Assembly: GCA_964187785.1 (NCBI GenBank)
Contig: OZ076409.1
Location: 7,566,001 to 7,630,000 of the forward strand
Reading direction: 5' to 3'
Source: Amphiscolops sp. MND2022
Taxonomy: Eukaryota
DNA: 64,000 nt
The stretch's first letter is position 1; each line of letters begins with the position of its first letter. The position numbers and the translations under genes were made by a program. Shown one piece after another: positions 37,301-48,988 of this stretch. The notes below the pieces were generated by a model that was not told the origin of the DNA, did not search any database, and saw only the letters and a list, made by a program, of their open reading frames with translations.

Positions 37301-40300
37301 ATGGAGTTGTCAGCCACCATCTCGGGTACTGTGTATATGGCCTTGGGGAGTGTCCTGACATCGATGACGTTTAAAGGGTAATATTGACTGCCTGGATGAC
37401 AGTTGGCCAGCTCCACGAAAACTCTTCATACGTCATTTCTCGTGTCTGTAAAAACATCTATTAAATGATGATGCTAGGCAATGTTCTAATTCATGTTATC
37501 AACAGTGTACTTGTCACAGGTAGATCGGCCCTGGATTGGTACCAAAACGAACTCGACATAACTGTCCCAGTTTCCACGGATTTTCAGTATAATTTGACTT
37601 GCTCAAAGAACACAATGCGGAAAACAAGACCATATCTTTAAACACATGTCCTGGAAACCAAATACAAATCTTAATACATTACGAACTTTCACTCTAAAGG
37701 GTATACACATTATTGCGCGTTACCATGAATGTCCTAGTTTCCACGGTTTTAAGTTTGAATTGACTTACTCAAAGAATGCAATGCGGGAAACAAGACCAAT
37801 TCTTTAAACACATGGCGTGGAAATAAATACAAATCCTAATACATTGCAGAACCTCACTTGAAGGGGTATACCCATGGTTTGTGTTTTGGAAAAACTAAAT
37901 TTGTTTTTTCACTAAATGCTAAACATGGTTCAAACGAGTAGGAAGTGTTTTTTACCTCTCCGATTCTGGCTGACTTGACTTCAATTGGAGCATCAGGTTC
38001 AGCAAAGTTGACCGGTCGCAGAAGCCGTTTGATCTCCGCGACGAAGCCTTTTTTCGCGTAGAATTTTTGGACTTTCAGTCCTCTGCAGTGCTTGGCTCCG
38101 TTTCTCCAAATCAAGGGGACACCATGTCGAAGAAGATGACCAAGGTGTTCGGTTTGATTGTCATGGGGACCCTGCCACTCAGCGTAGGAAAATCGACAAT
38201 CCAGAGGCACGTTTCCGCAAAACGCGAAGTGCTCTTGGGTGCCAAATGGGGCCGCTGGAGTCCCAGAATTGAATGTCAAATCAAGTGGCATCGGTGGTTG
38301 GGCAATTTGACATTTGACTCATCTCGCGATGTGGTTCCTCAGGCTGTACCCGTACCCGAATGAGGTCCCACACGAAACGCACAAGTGACGGCTTCTTCTT
38401 TTTCCTCTCGCAGCTTCTGTAATTTCAAAGACATTTTTTTCAAATGAATTTCGGAAATCTTTTCTTTCATGAATTTCTTTTTTAGTATGACCCATGATTG
38501 GAACCAAAAATCTTCCAAAGATTTCATGAATGCTTTCATGGTATGACCCATGATTGGAACTGAAATCCTTTCCAAAAAATTGTGTTTTTTAGACCTTCCC
38601 TTTCACATCAGAAAAACATTTTCCTTCTTTTTTCTATTGCATACGATAATCGGTTCAAGACCGTAAAATATTTCAAAACATGAACAAACAAAGTCCTGGA
38701 AACAATCTGAACACTAACGGTATTGGTACATTCTAACTTTTTCTCCAGCAGCAATCTTTTCTTGTTGTTTCGTGCAGTATTTGGTTCTTCTTTGATAGCG
38801 CTCTTTACTTTTTTTTGTGAAAATCTGACCACATTTCTCGCACGTCAAATTCTGGGCAACTTGTTCCTGCTTGCTGACACTTTTGCATCCCGGAAGATGA
38901 CGGGTTAAATGCCATTTCTTCCAGCAACGTAGTCGCAATTCGGACACGGGAAACATAAAGCCTTTTGAATTATACGAGATGAAGAACTCAAATAAAAAAC
39001 CATACCTATACATACAAAATACATACCAAAATCAGATTGTTTTCCACGAGTTACAAATTTGATAGGTTTCATTTAGATTGCTCAAAACTTTGAAAAATGG
39101 TATACATGATATACTGATCCACGTGATGTTTGATTTGTCAAACTTTTTATCAATCCAGTTTCAATTACAAAAAAAGGGAGATTGTCGCTTGTCAATTGTC
39201 AAAACGAGAACAAGAACGAGTGAATGGAAGTCTTACGTTTTTTAGGTGGCGGAGTTGTATCTCGAAATTCGTCACAGAGTTGTCTTTTTCGGTTTTCTGG
39301 CAAACCGGGGCAAGTGCGGGCATGAACAGAAAGGGCTTCTCGAGTGGGGGCATAATGGTCGCAAGCACCGATTGTGCAGAGATGACGTGAATAACAAAAC
39401 AAAGATGAAAATATATACAATAAATGAAGACTCATACACCGGGGTGTTCGAGCCATATTTGCGTGAAAATTATTGGCAATTAAGGGATTCAAATAGAGGA
39501 TTGGAAGTACCGAATTAATGGAAAAAGTTGAAAGACGCCCTCAAATTTTACCATAATTACCATGGCATATTTCAATTCTGCAAACGAAGATAAATGAATC
39601 TGTTCTAAAGTATAAAAAACTCCTTTTTTGAACACCCCTGTTCATACAGCCTCAAAATTTCAATACAAATAAAACCAGAACAAAGTAAAGAAACGTTCAT
39701 CAAAACTTCAAACATGTTTCACATTCGCAGTTGAATTTACCCGTTTCAGCAGTTTGATAGTTTTTGACCTATTTCACTGATAGTCAAGAAAAAGTAACTC
39801 AGAAATTAACAACTTACCTAGGAACAGTTCTGATGATGAGTCAGATGAGTCCATGCGGGATCTAAAGATCTGAGAAGTGCTGGGTCCGCTGGGTCCGGCA
39901 GCTTGCTCATAAGTACTTGCAGGTGTTTTCTTCGATTTCGGCTGTAACAATTTGAAAATGTGAATTGCAAAAGAGTAAATATCAAGAAATTTAAATTAGT
40001 TCAAATAACAAAGTCAAAATTGTTTACGAGAAAGTTTGGATCTTTCCGGTTCATCCCCCCATCGATTTAAGTCCCCTAGTAGTGATTAATCAAAAGTTTT
40101 ATGAATTAACTTTTAAAAAAGTATTCCGGTTCATCCCCCCATCGATTTAATTCCCCAGTATTTATTAAATAAAAGTTCTATAAATTAACTTTTTAAAAAG
40201 TATAAAAGTATATCATTAAACATATATTTTTTGGAAGAGAATCTGCGTAAAACAATTTGAAAGTTATCAGGACACTGTTCGAAAAAACTGCCTTGCACTT

Positions 40301-41167
40301 TGAACCAGAATCTGCTTCTAAATTGTAAAATCAATTACAGTACGGGGGCTTTTATAACGACCCGAAGGGGCAGTTGATTTTAAACTGATAGGTTTTTGAT
40401 AAACTCCAAAAACAGTTTCTGGGAATTTGGGATTAAAATTGAAACAAGTAGAAGTCAAGAGAATTGTTGGATTGTGAAAGATTTTGGGCATAAAAGTGTC
40501 TAATTTTTTTCTGTGAACTCAAAATCTTTCTAGTTTGTTTTTTGAAGTTTTCATTCTCATATTATTTGATCTGATCTTATTGGGGATTCCATTTGGCCCA
40601 AGCTTGGAACCAATCTTTAAGAAATCCATAACCAAAATCAATTTAAAAACAATTTTTCAACCAATAATTTATTTCCGAAAACGAATATATCAACTTTCCA
40701 TTATGATTGGCTCCGGGTTATATCCGTTGATTAGCTGAGGGTATTATCGGCTGCTGGCTGTTGGGTGTCTGCTAAACTTTGAGTTGTTAATGAGAGATTT
40801 TAAGATTTGGCTTGTTAATGAGATTGAGAGAGTCAGTTAACAGTACAGTCTGAACGGTAGGAAAACAAGTTCGACAATGAGAACAGCCGGTCGGTCAGTT
40901 GATGTTCGTGATACGCGCGAATGATACGAGCCGCTGATTAGCCAATAGGAATCACCCAAATGGAACAGTCATGTTTGATACGAGTTTCTGTTACGCGCCG
41001 CTGATTATCAAGGAAAATAGTCACCATTGTAACAGTTATGATTTTGATACGAGCCGCTGATACCCGACGCTGGTAAGCCACGGTTGAAACTGTGAACTTT
41101 CAAGCGATGACCGATAAGGCAATAATAATCATCAGGGGTGCGCATTATTGTATTTATATTTATTGAT
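28367..41167. repeat. Tandem triplication of a ~4.2-4.4 kb unit holding the promoter and 5' exons of the ZF-JmjC gene
   Basis: Units start at 28367, 32580 and 36962; ORF offsets 4213 and 4382; near-identical; unit 2 has one extra 166-bp repeat. Confidence 0.97.
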
Positions 41168-44127
41168 GCGATACAATAAGTAATTTTATTGCTAAAACTA
41201 ACCAATAAACAAGTGTAAGACTTGTTTAAAAAAATTATGGTATATATTACATAACGAATAATTTAGTTTATTTATTATTTTCATAAATTCTTCATAAATA
41301 AGTTATTCATAGTGAAAAGCTTTCTAAAAATTATTTTTTGTAATAATTTATTGATCGTCCAATAGATTTTGATTAATTTTGCTCAGATTCGACCCACGAT
41401 TGGAACCAAAATCTCTCCATTGCTCCACTCTAATCATTCAAATAAATTTTTCATTTTCCAGTATAAATTAAAATTTATTCCAGTATAAATGTAGTATTTC
41501 ACTCTTGTGTATCACTGTAGTATAAAAATATTCCAATATGATATAGTATAGTGAACATTATAGTTAAGTATAGTACACGTAACCTGAATCTTTTCAATTG
41601 CATTCTAATTGACTATTTCAATCAAATTTTGTTTTTATTTATCTAAACAGCTTTACAATTCGACCCACCATTGGAACCAAAATCTCCCGATTTCCACTAT
41701 TTTTTTTAAATTAAAATTTTATTTTTAAATTAATTTCTTCTAGCTGGTATAAATGTATTTCACTATTGTATATAACTATATACAATCAGTATAAATATTT
41801 TCCACTATAGAAAAAGAAATTTTTCTTTTTGATTTTTTCAATTTCATTTTCAAATTTCATTTTTTCAAATTTGGAACGAAAATCTCCCGACATCCACTAA
41901 TTTTTTAAATAAAATTTTCATTTTAAAAATAATTTACCCGTTTCAGCAGTTTGATAGTTTTTGACCTATTTCACTGATAGTCAAGAAAAAGTAACTCAGA
42001 AATTAACAACTTACCAAGGAACAGTTCTGATGATGAGTCAGATGAGTCCATGCGGGATCTAAAGATCTGAGAAGTGCTGGGTCCGCTGGGTCCGGCAGCT
42101 TGCTCATAAGTACTTGCAGGTGTTTTCTTCGATTTCGGCTGTAACAATTTGAAAATGTGAATTGCAAAAGAGTAAAAATCAAGAAATTTAAATTAGTTCA
42201 AATAACAAAGTCAAAATTGTTTACGAGAAAGTTTGGATCTTTCCGGTTCATCCCCCCATCGATTTAAGTCCCCCAGTAGTGATTAATCAAAAGTTTTATG
42301 AATTAACTTTTAAAAAAGTATTCCGGTTCATCCCCCCATCGATTTAATTCCCCAGTATTTATTAAATAAAAGTTCTATAAATTAACTTTTTAAAAAGTAT
42401 AAAAGTATATCATTAAACATATATTTTTTGGAAGAGAATCTGCGTAAAACAATTTGAAAGTTATCAGGACACTGTTCGAAAAAACTTCCTTGCACTTTGA
42501 ACCAGAATCTGCTTCTAAATTGTAAAATCAATTACAGTACGGGGGCTTTTATAACGACCCGAAGGGGCAGTTGATTTTAAACTGATAGTTTTTTGATAAA
42601 CTCCAAAAACAGTTTCTGGGAATTTGGGATTAAAATTGAAACAAATAGAAGTCAAGAGAATTGTTGGATTGTGAAAGATTTTGGGCATAAAAGTGTCTAA
42701 TTTTTTTCTGTGAACTCAAAATCTTTCTAGTTTGTTTTTTGAAGTTTTCATTCTCATATTATTTGATCTGATCTTATTGGGGATTCCATTTGGCCCAAGC
42801 TTGGAACCAATCTTTAAGAAATCCATAACCAAAATCAATTTAAAAACAATTTTTCAACCAATAATTTATTTCCGAAAACGAATATATCAACTTTCCATTA
42901 TGATTGGCTCCGGGTTATATCCGTTGATTAGCTGAGGGTATTATCGGCTGCTGGCTGTTGGGTGTCTGCTAAACTTTGAGTTGTTAATGAGAGATTTTAA
43001 GATTTGGCTTGTTAATGAGATTGAGAGAGTCAGTTAACAGTACAGTCTGAACGGTAGGAAAACAAGTTCGACAATGAGAACAGCCGGTCGGTCAGTTGAT
43101 GTTCGTGATACGCGCGAATGATACGAGCCGCTGATTAGCCAATAGGAATCACCCAAATGGAACAGTCATGTTTGATACGAGTTTCTGTTACGCGCCGCTG
43201 ATTATCAAGGAAAATAGTCACGATTGTAACAGTTATGATTTTGATACGAGCCGCTGATACCCGACGCTGGTAAGCCACGGTTGAAACTGTGAACTTTCAA
43301 GCGATGACCGATAAGGCAATAATAATCATCAGGGGTGCGCATTATTGTATTTATATTTATTGATGCGATACAATAAGTAATTTTATTGCTAAAACTAACC
43401 AATAAACAAGTGTAAGACTTGTTTAAAAAAATTATGGTATATATTACATAACGAATAATTTAGTTTATTTATTATTTTCATAAATTCTTCATAAATAAGT
43501 TATTCATAGTGAAAAGCTTTCTAAAAATTATTTTTTGTAATAATTTATTGATCGTCCAATAGATTTTGATTAATTTTGCTCAGATTCGACCCACGATTGG
43601 AAACAAAATCTCTCCATTGCTCCACTCTAATCATTCAAATAAATTTTTCATTTTCCAGTATAAATTAAAATTTATTCCAGTATAAATGTAGTATTTCACT
43701 CTTGTGTATCACTGTAGTATAAAAATATTCCAGTATGATATAGTATAGTGAACATTATAGTTAAGTATAGTACACGTAACCTGAATCTTTTCAATTGCAT
43801 TCTAATTGACTATTTCAATCAAATTTTTGTTTTTATTTATCTAAACAGCTTTACAATTCGACCCACGATTGGAACCAAAATCTCCCGATTTCCACTATTT
43901 TTTTAAATTAAAATTTTATTTTAAATTAATTTCTTCTAGCTGGTATAAATGTATTTCACTATTGTATATAACTATATACAATCAGTATAAATATTTTCCA
44001 CTATAGAAAAAGAAATTTTTCTTTTTGATTTTTTCAATTTCATTTTCAAATTTCATTTTTTCAAATTTGGAACGGAAATCTCCCGACATCCACTAATTTT
44101 TTAAATAAAATTTTCATTTTAAAAATA
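39735..44127. repeat. Second tandem duplication, 2197-bp unit
   Basis: ORF pairs 40535/42732 and 41008/43205 are both offset by 2197; junction at ~41931. Confidence 0.95.
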
Positions 44128-44770
44128 ATTTATTCCAGCTGGTATAAATGTATTTCACTATTGTATATCACTATATACAATCAGTATAAATTTTTTCCCC
44201 TATAGTAAAGTGTTGAAAGAAACGTTCCTTTTTCGTTTTTTCAAATTCATTTTCAAATTTCATTTTTTCAAATTCAAATGCAGTTGGTATAATTGTGGTA
44301 CCATAATATAGTAGTATAGTATAGTATAGATGAAAGGAAGAGAAGTCGACAGTTTTACGGAAAGGGAGACATTGATTGTAACTTGTTTGTGGTAATTGAC
44401 TTTGTATTTACTCTCTGGTTTATTAAATTTGATTTCAGCAAATTAAAATGTAAGTGGAAACAAATACGCTAAAATTTGCAGGCATCTGATTGGTTGTAAT
44501 GCACTTTGTGGAATACGAGACACGAACTTGTCGGCATCGTGTCGGCATTAGTCGGCATCTTTTTGGTCCCAGTTTCCGCATTTTGAAACCGGCTAACGTA
44601 TTAACCCATGCCCTCGGATTCCGAAAAACGCCGCTTTTCGTGGCGTGGATTAAGCAAAATCAGTGCTAAATTGCCAATTTTACACGTTTTAAGTCATGTC
44701 TGCGGAATCGGAGGACATACACGCACAGAAAAGTGTCTGTGGCGATTTAGCTTGCAGATGCACTGTAATG

Positions 44771-45290
44771 GTAGCAGCGGATTTTTCGTATTCCTTGCTG
44801 TATGAATCGACTGGTTGATAGTACAAATAGTCAATGAAAATCCCGTTGGTTGTTGCCTTGTCAAACTGGGCTTTTGAGGGAAACGTCAGTTTGACAGTTT
44901 GCAGTGATTTTCCATCGCTTTTGACAAAGCGTCTGATTCTGACACCTGGAAAATTATCCGTGAGAGCGAAAACAAGTCCGAGTCGGACACTTCAAATGGA
45001 ACTACCCGTAATACAGCGCTGTGCTGTTCATTCCTGTCACTAGCTCTCCAAGCTGACGAGTCGCCGCCAAAAACTTCAGCCCTCCATCCTTGCAAAACAC
45101 AGTCATCCTCCTCTGGTGTTGTAAATTCAAGATGTATACTACCACGTGCTGTAATAAAAACGTATAGTAATTTTTTTGGATAAATGGAAGCAAACGTTTT
45201 TTTGATTTCGATATTGTCTCGGAATTTTTGATTTGTCTTGATGAGCAATATGTTGCGAAGAAGACACAGAAGGAAGGCAAAAGAGGATTG
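44771..45290 (-). pseudogene. LINE ORF1 N-terminal part
   Basis: GSIHLEF...SAVLRVVPFEVSD...LTFPSKAQFDKATTNGIFIDYLYYQPV...RKIRCY, which joins RCQKFGH at 15423. Confidence 0.85.
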
Positions 45291-45719
45291 CAGGGTTATA
45301 AGAATTATTCGATACTTATAATAAAGCCAGTTAACGCGCTTTTAACATGCTTGTTTCGCAATTTAGCAAATTAACTAGCGTTTCGTCAATTTTTTGATTT
45401 TTAGGCTCCTTAAGGAAACTCCTTCGGTGTTCTTGGTATGAGACACAGGAAAATAAGAAATGTGCAGTATCATGGACAACTCTTCAATAGAGACAAATAT
45501 CGGTTTTGCTTTTTACTTCTGAATAATACTTCGCGTACTTCAAAAGCATTCATTAGAACACGTAGCGTTTTGACAGAAATTTTGCTAGGATATGGTGCTA
45601 GCATTTTCATGATGCTGTTTCTTACTTCAAGCCCTGAGTAATTTGAGTACTTAAGACCTTGCTTCATTTCTCGTTGCCATAAGTGCCTGCAATACTCATC
45701 CACCTCCTTTTTAAAAGTA

Positions 45720-46339
45720 CTGACTGTCCGGGATAACAATACCTCGAAACTTTGGTATTGAGCAAACTCGGAATTGGTATTGATCAATACCTGGCCTCAG
45801 GTATTGGTATTGATCAAAACCTGATCGTATATTTTGGTATTGATCAAAATACTAATAACTCTCTAAAAATAAAAGGTATAGGGTATCATAATTTGAAATG
45901 AAAAAATGAATTGATTTCAAATCAAACTCAGTTACACAGAATTGTTCACCGCTGATTGCGAAGTTTTGTTTACGCGATATTCAATTACCACGTCAGCTGC
46001 ACTTTCAGGATCATTTTCGTTCGACATTTTCAGTTCTAAAAATCAAGATGATTAAAAAAAACAAGCCATGCACAAAAACAAAAAATGTCAAAAGCTCAAC
46101 GCGATACGAACAAAAAAGTGGAAAAACTTTAAGGATGCGTAATGGGAATATAAAATTGTAAAAATTGTGCAAATGTAAGGTATTCAAAAATGGTATAGAA
46201 GTATTGAAAAAGTTTGGTATTGGTATTGGTATTGGTATTCAGGAGGATTTGCACGGTATTGGTATTGGTATTGGTTTTGAAGACCTAGTAGTGGTATTGT
46301 GGTTTTGGTATTGGTATCGATATCCCTGGGGTTGTCTAG
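45720..46339. mobile_element. MITE-like element with GGTATT subterminal repeats
   Basis: Clusters of GGTATTGGTATTG; imperfect terminal inverted similarity (GGGATAACAATACC / GGTATCGATATCCC); TSD unclear. Confidence 0.55.
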
Positions 46340-46634
46340 CATATTGTATGTATATTGCCTTAATTTCATCAGGATCACGAGTTACAATCGAAATGGTAAT
46401 ATGTTAGGGTATGATTGCTAAAGTAACTGGGTTTAGAATATCTGCAATTCTTGCAGTTGAATGTAAAAACATTAATACTTGATTAGTGTAGAGTACAGAA
46501 GGAGGCCAAATATTACTTAAAACACTGACTACGTGTTTCGATACATGATAGTTTCTTATCACAAAGAAAGATTTATGAACACTCCACCACATCTTGTCCA
46601 GAGATGTCATATTTTGATGAAACCAAGTAGTCAT

Positions 46635-47132
46635 TGCACGGTAATATGTTCGAACGCATAAGTTCGAATTTTCATTTCAAATGGACTAAGTTCGAATTTT
46701 CCAAAAACCGGAACAAGTTCGAATCACGGTGTTCGAACTTTGAACTAAGTATTAAACGTGCCTCTGATGTTCACCTATTTCATCTAGTGTCCCGCAGCCC
46801 CTTGGGGCCGCTTATGTTCCCATCAGGCTAAGCGAGGTCGAATAGGAGCAAAGACCTAGCGAGAACGGAGAACTCGAAGCGATTGTAGTGGGAGCTGGTG
46901 TTTGCGACGGTGAGGGCGAGCGTGCATACACCAGATATGCCCCACATTTCAGTTTTTAGATTCCTTTAGATCTTAGGCGTTGGAGTTCTCAGGATCTTGT
47001 GTGAAGGATGTCCAGTTTACACCGGATATGCCCGATATGAAAACTTGAACTTGGTTTCTCGAAACTATTCCATTCGAAGTTATTGCACAAAATAAATTCG
47101 AACTGTGTAAATCGAACTTATTGCCCGAAGGT
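46635..47132. mobile_element. MULE-type MITE with GTTCGAA subterminal repeats
   Basis: TSD-like agtagtcat/aatagtcat; TIR cores CGGTAATATGTTCGA vs reverse complement CGGGCAATAAGTTCGA. Confidence 0.7.
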
Positions 47133-48191
47133 AATAGTCATACAGCACGTGTCACGTTGTTTCACATATGAATCGAAGAGACGTACAGAGTAAAATGGAT
47201 TTGAGCCTTGCATTATAAGTATACCAGTTTCTTTCCAGAAACTAACCATTGAGGCAGAGATAATGCCAGCATATGTTTTGAAACTCAATTCTCGTTCAAA
47301 CCATAGACCAAGTATTTTACTTCTCTCAACAAGTTTATAGTCGGACTGAAATACTTTTTTTGAGGAATTCATATGTTCAGTTTTATTTTATGTATATTTT
47401 CAATTCATATGTTCAATTTTATGTATATTTTTCCGCCTTTTCTAAAGATGTACTCAGGTTTTCTTCGCTTGAAAGACAAGTACTGCCATCTGCATACTTA
47501 TTTGTTAAGTCCGCATCTTGGAGGAAGCCCTTCATACAGAATATACACAAAAGTGGTGACAGTACAGCTCCCTGAGGTAAACCCTTAAGAGGGACAAATG
47601 ACATGTCGATATAATCCTTGACTTGAGTACTGACTTTCCGATTCCATGAAAAATATTTTATAGTGGCTAACATTGGACCATTTGAACCACTGTTTATTAG
47701 CTTGCTTAAAAATTAGCTTGCGTTCTGAAAAAGATTAACAATTCGACCTGAAATGAAATTTCTTACCATTTTAATCAGTGAAAAGACACGTTTTCGCCTG
47801 CAGTCGAGATCTTTAACACATCAGCAGCTCTTATCCATATTTTCCTCTCTGAGATGACAATGATCGTAGAGGTGAGGTAGTGCAATGCAGGTCATCATGT
47901 AGGGGGAAAATGACACACATCCGTGGTCTGCAAACAAAGGAAACAAAAATTACAAAGCACTACTACTCATGCCAGCCACTACCCCATTAGAACGACAGCA
48001 TCAAATCAATGATAAAATTTCAACCCTTACTGGACGTCGAGTTGCGATGAAATCAATCCCAACAAACAGTACTATATGTAACAAAAATGTTCAAACGCAT
48101 CACTGTCGGAACACACACGCATTGCCGATTTGTAGAGTCATGTTGTACTTGCAACTCACAATACACATATCCTTCCCCTCCTGTCCGAACT

Positions 48192-48391
48192 NNNNNNNNN
48201 NNNNNNNNNNNNNNNNNNNNNNNNNNNNNNNNNNNNNNNNNNNNNNNNNNNNNNNNNNNNNNNNNNNNNNNNNNNNNNNNNNNNNNNNNNNNNNNNNNNN
48301 NNNNNNNNNNNNNNNNNNNNNNNNNNNNNNNNNNNNNNNNNNNNNNNNNNNNNNNNNNNNNNNNNNNNNNNNNNNNNNNNNNNNNNNNNNN
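48192..48391. other. Assembly gap (200 N)
   Basis: Run of N. Confidence 1.
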
Positions 48392-48762
48392 AACAGTCGA
48401 ACTGTTGCCATGAATATCTCTGACGTTGCCGTAGCAGCATCTGAAGTTGCACTCAGAGTCTTCGTTATCGCGTTTCCTCCTCGACTAGACCTTCCTGAGC
48501 AGGCATCATTCAAGCAGTGAATCGACTCCTAGAAGGCAACAACGGTCGCCGGTGGCTTTACAGAGGCATATCTCGAAGCATCTACAGCGTCAAAAAGCAC
48601 ACTACCCGAGACGACATCCACCTAGAGCCTGGGGCCATCAGTGGACTTCGCTCCATTTTGAAGAATCAGGTGCTTCGGAAATCCTTCTGCTCCCACATCG
48701 GCAAACAAAGTCATCCCCCAACATACGAGTGCCGTCGGGGTCGTTGCACCTGCCCGCGCTAA
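48392..48762 (+). pseudogene. SGNH-hydrolase-like fragment, probably TE-derived
   Basis: VFVIAFPPRLD...VNRLL...TRDDIHLEPGAISGLRSIL matches the PPR / N / DxxH C-terminal SGNH pattern. Confidence 0.5.
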
Positions 48763-48802
48763 GTCACGAAAGCTGTCTTCAGGTAATTGACTTCCCTGTT
48801 TA

Positions 48803-48988
48803 AGCTACTACGGTACTTTCTTAAGTTCCTCGTAGCTATTGTGTGTTCTGCTACTACGGCACTTCCTTAAATTCCTCGTAGCTATCGACCATTTCGCTAC
48901 TACAGTAGTTTCTTAAGTTCCTCGTAGCTATCGTCTATTCAGCTACAACGGTACTTTCTTGAGTTCCTCGTAGCAATTGTCTATGCGC
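48803..48988 (+). repeat. ~46-bp minisatellite x4 upstream of the Gypsy gag
   Basis: GCTACTACGGTACTTTCTTAAGTTCCTCGTAGCTAT repeated four times. Confidence 0.9.

Larger units (their letters stand above)
15426..44770. mobile_element. Giant (~29.3 kb) CMC-superfamily (CACTA/EnSpm-like termini) DNA transposon carrying chromatin-modifier genes
   Basis: TIRs CATTACAGTTCATCTGCAAGC (15426-15446) and GCTTGCAGATGCACTGTAATG (44750-44770), 20/21 match; GT TSD; the empty site restores the LINE zinc knuckle; internal DDE transposase. Confidence 0.9.
45300..47720 (-). mobile_element. Second, highly decayed LINE (RT to C-terminus) interrupted by two MITEs
   Basis: GLPQGAVLSPLL, KYADG, KILGLWF; C-terminal HLWQRE...FLISCVSYQEHR. 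Confidence 0.75.

Noticed and set aside
15431..44765. Alternative reading of the ends as Tc1/mariner (TA + CAGT)
   Set aside because: The inverted repeat extends outward to CATTA, and only the GT-TSD model restores the LINE reading frame
44750..44770. TACAGTG in the TIR resembling the RSS heptamer (ProtoRAG)
   Set aside because: Not terminal, no nonamer, no RAG2-like kelch gene, and the TSD is 2 bp rather than 5 bp
47969..48520. ORFs spanning the N run
   Set aside because: Artefacts of the assembly gap; the two sides need not be contiguous
48803..48988. Four repeats with ~10-nt variable parts, superficially CRISPR-like
   Set aside because: Variable parts are too short and mutually similar; eukaryotic retroelement context; no cas genes
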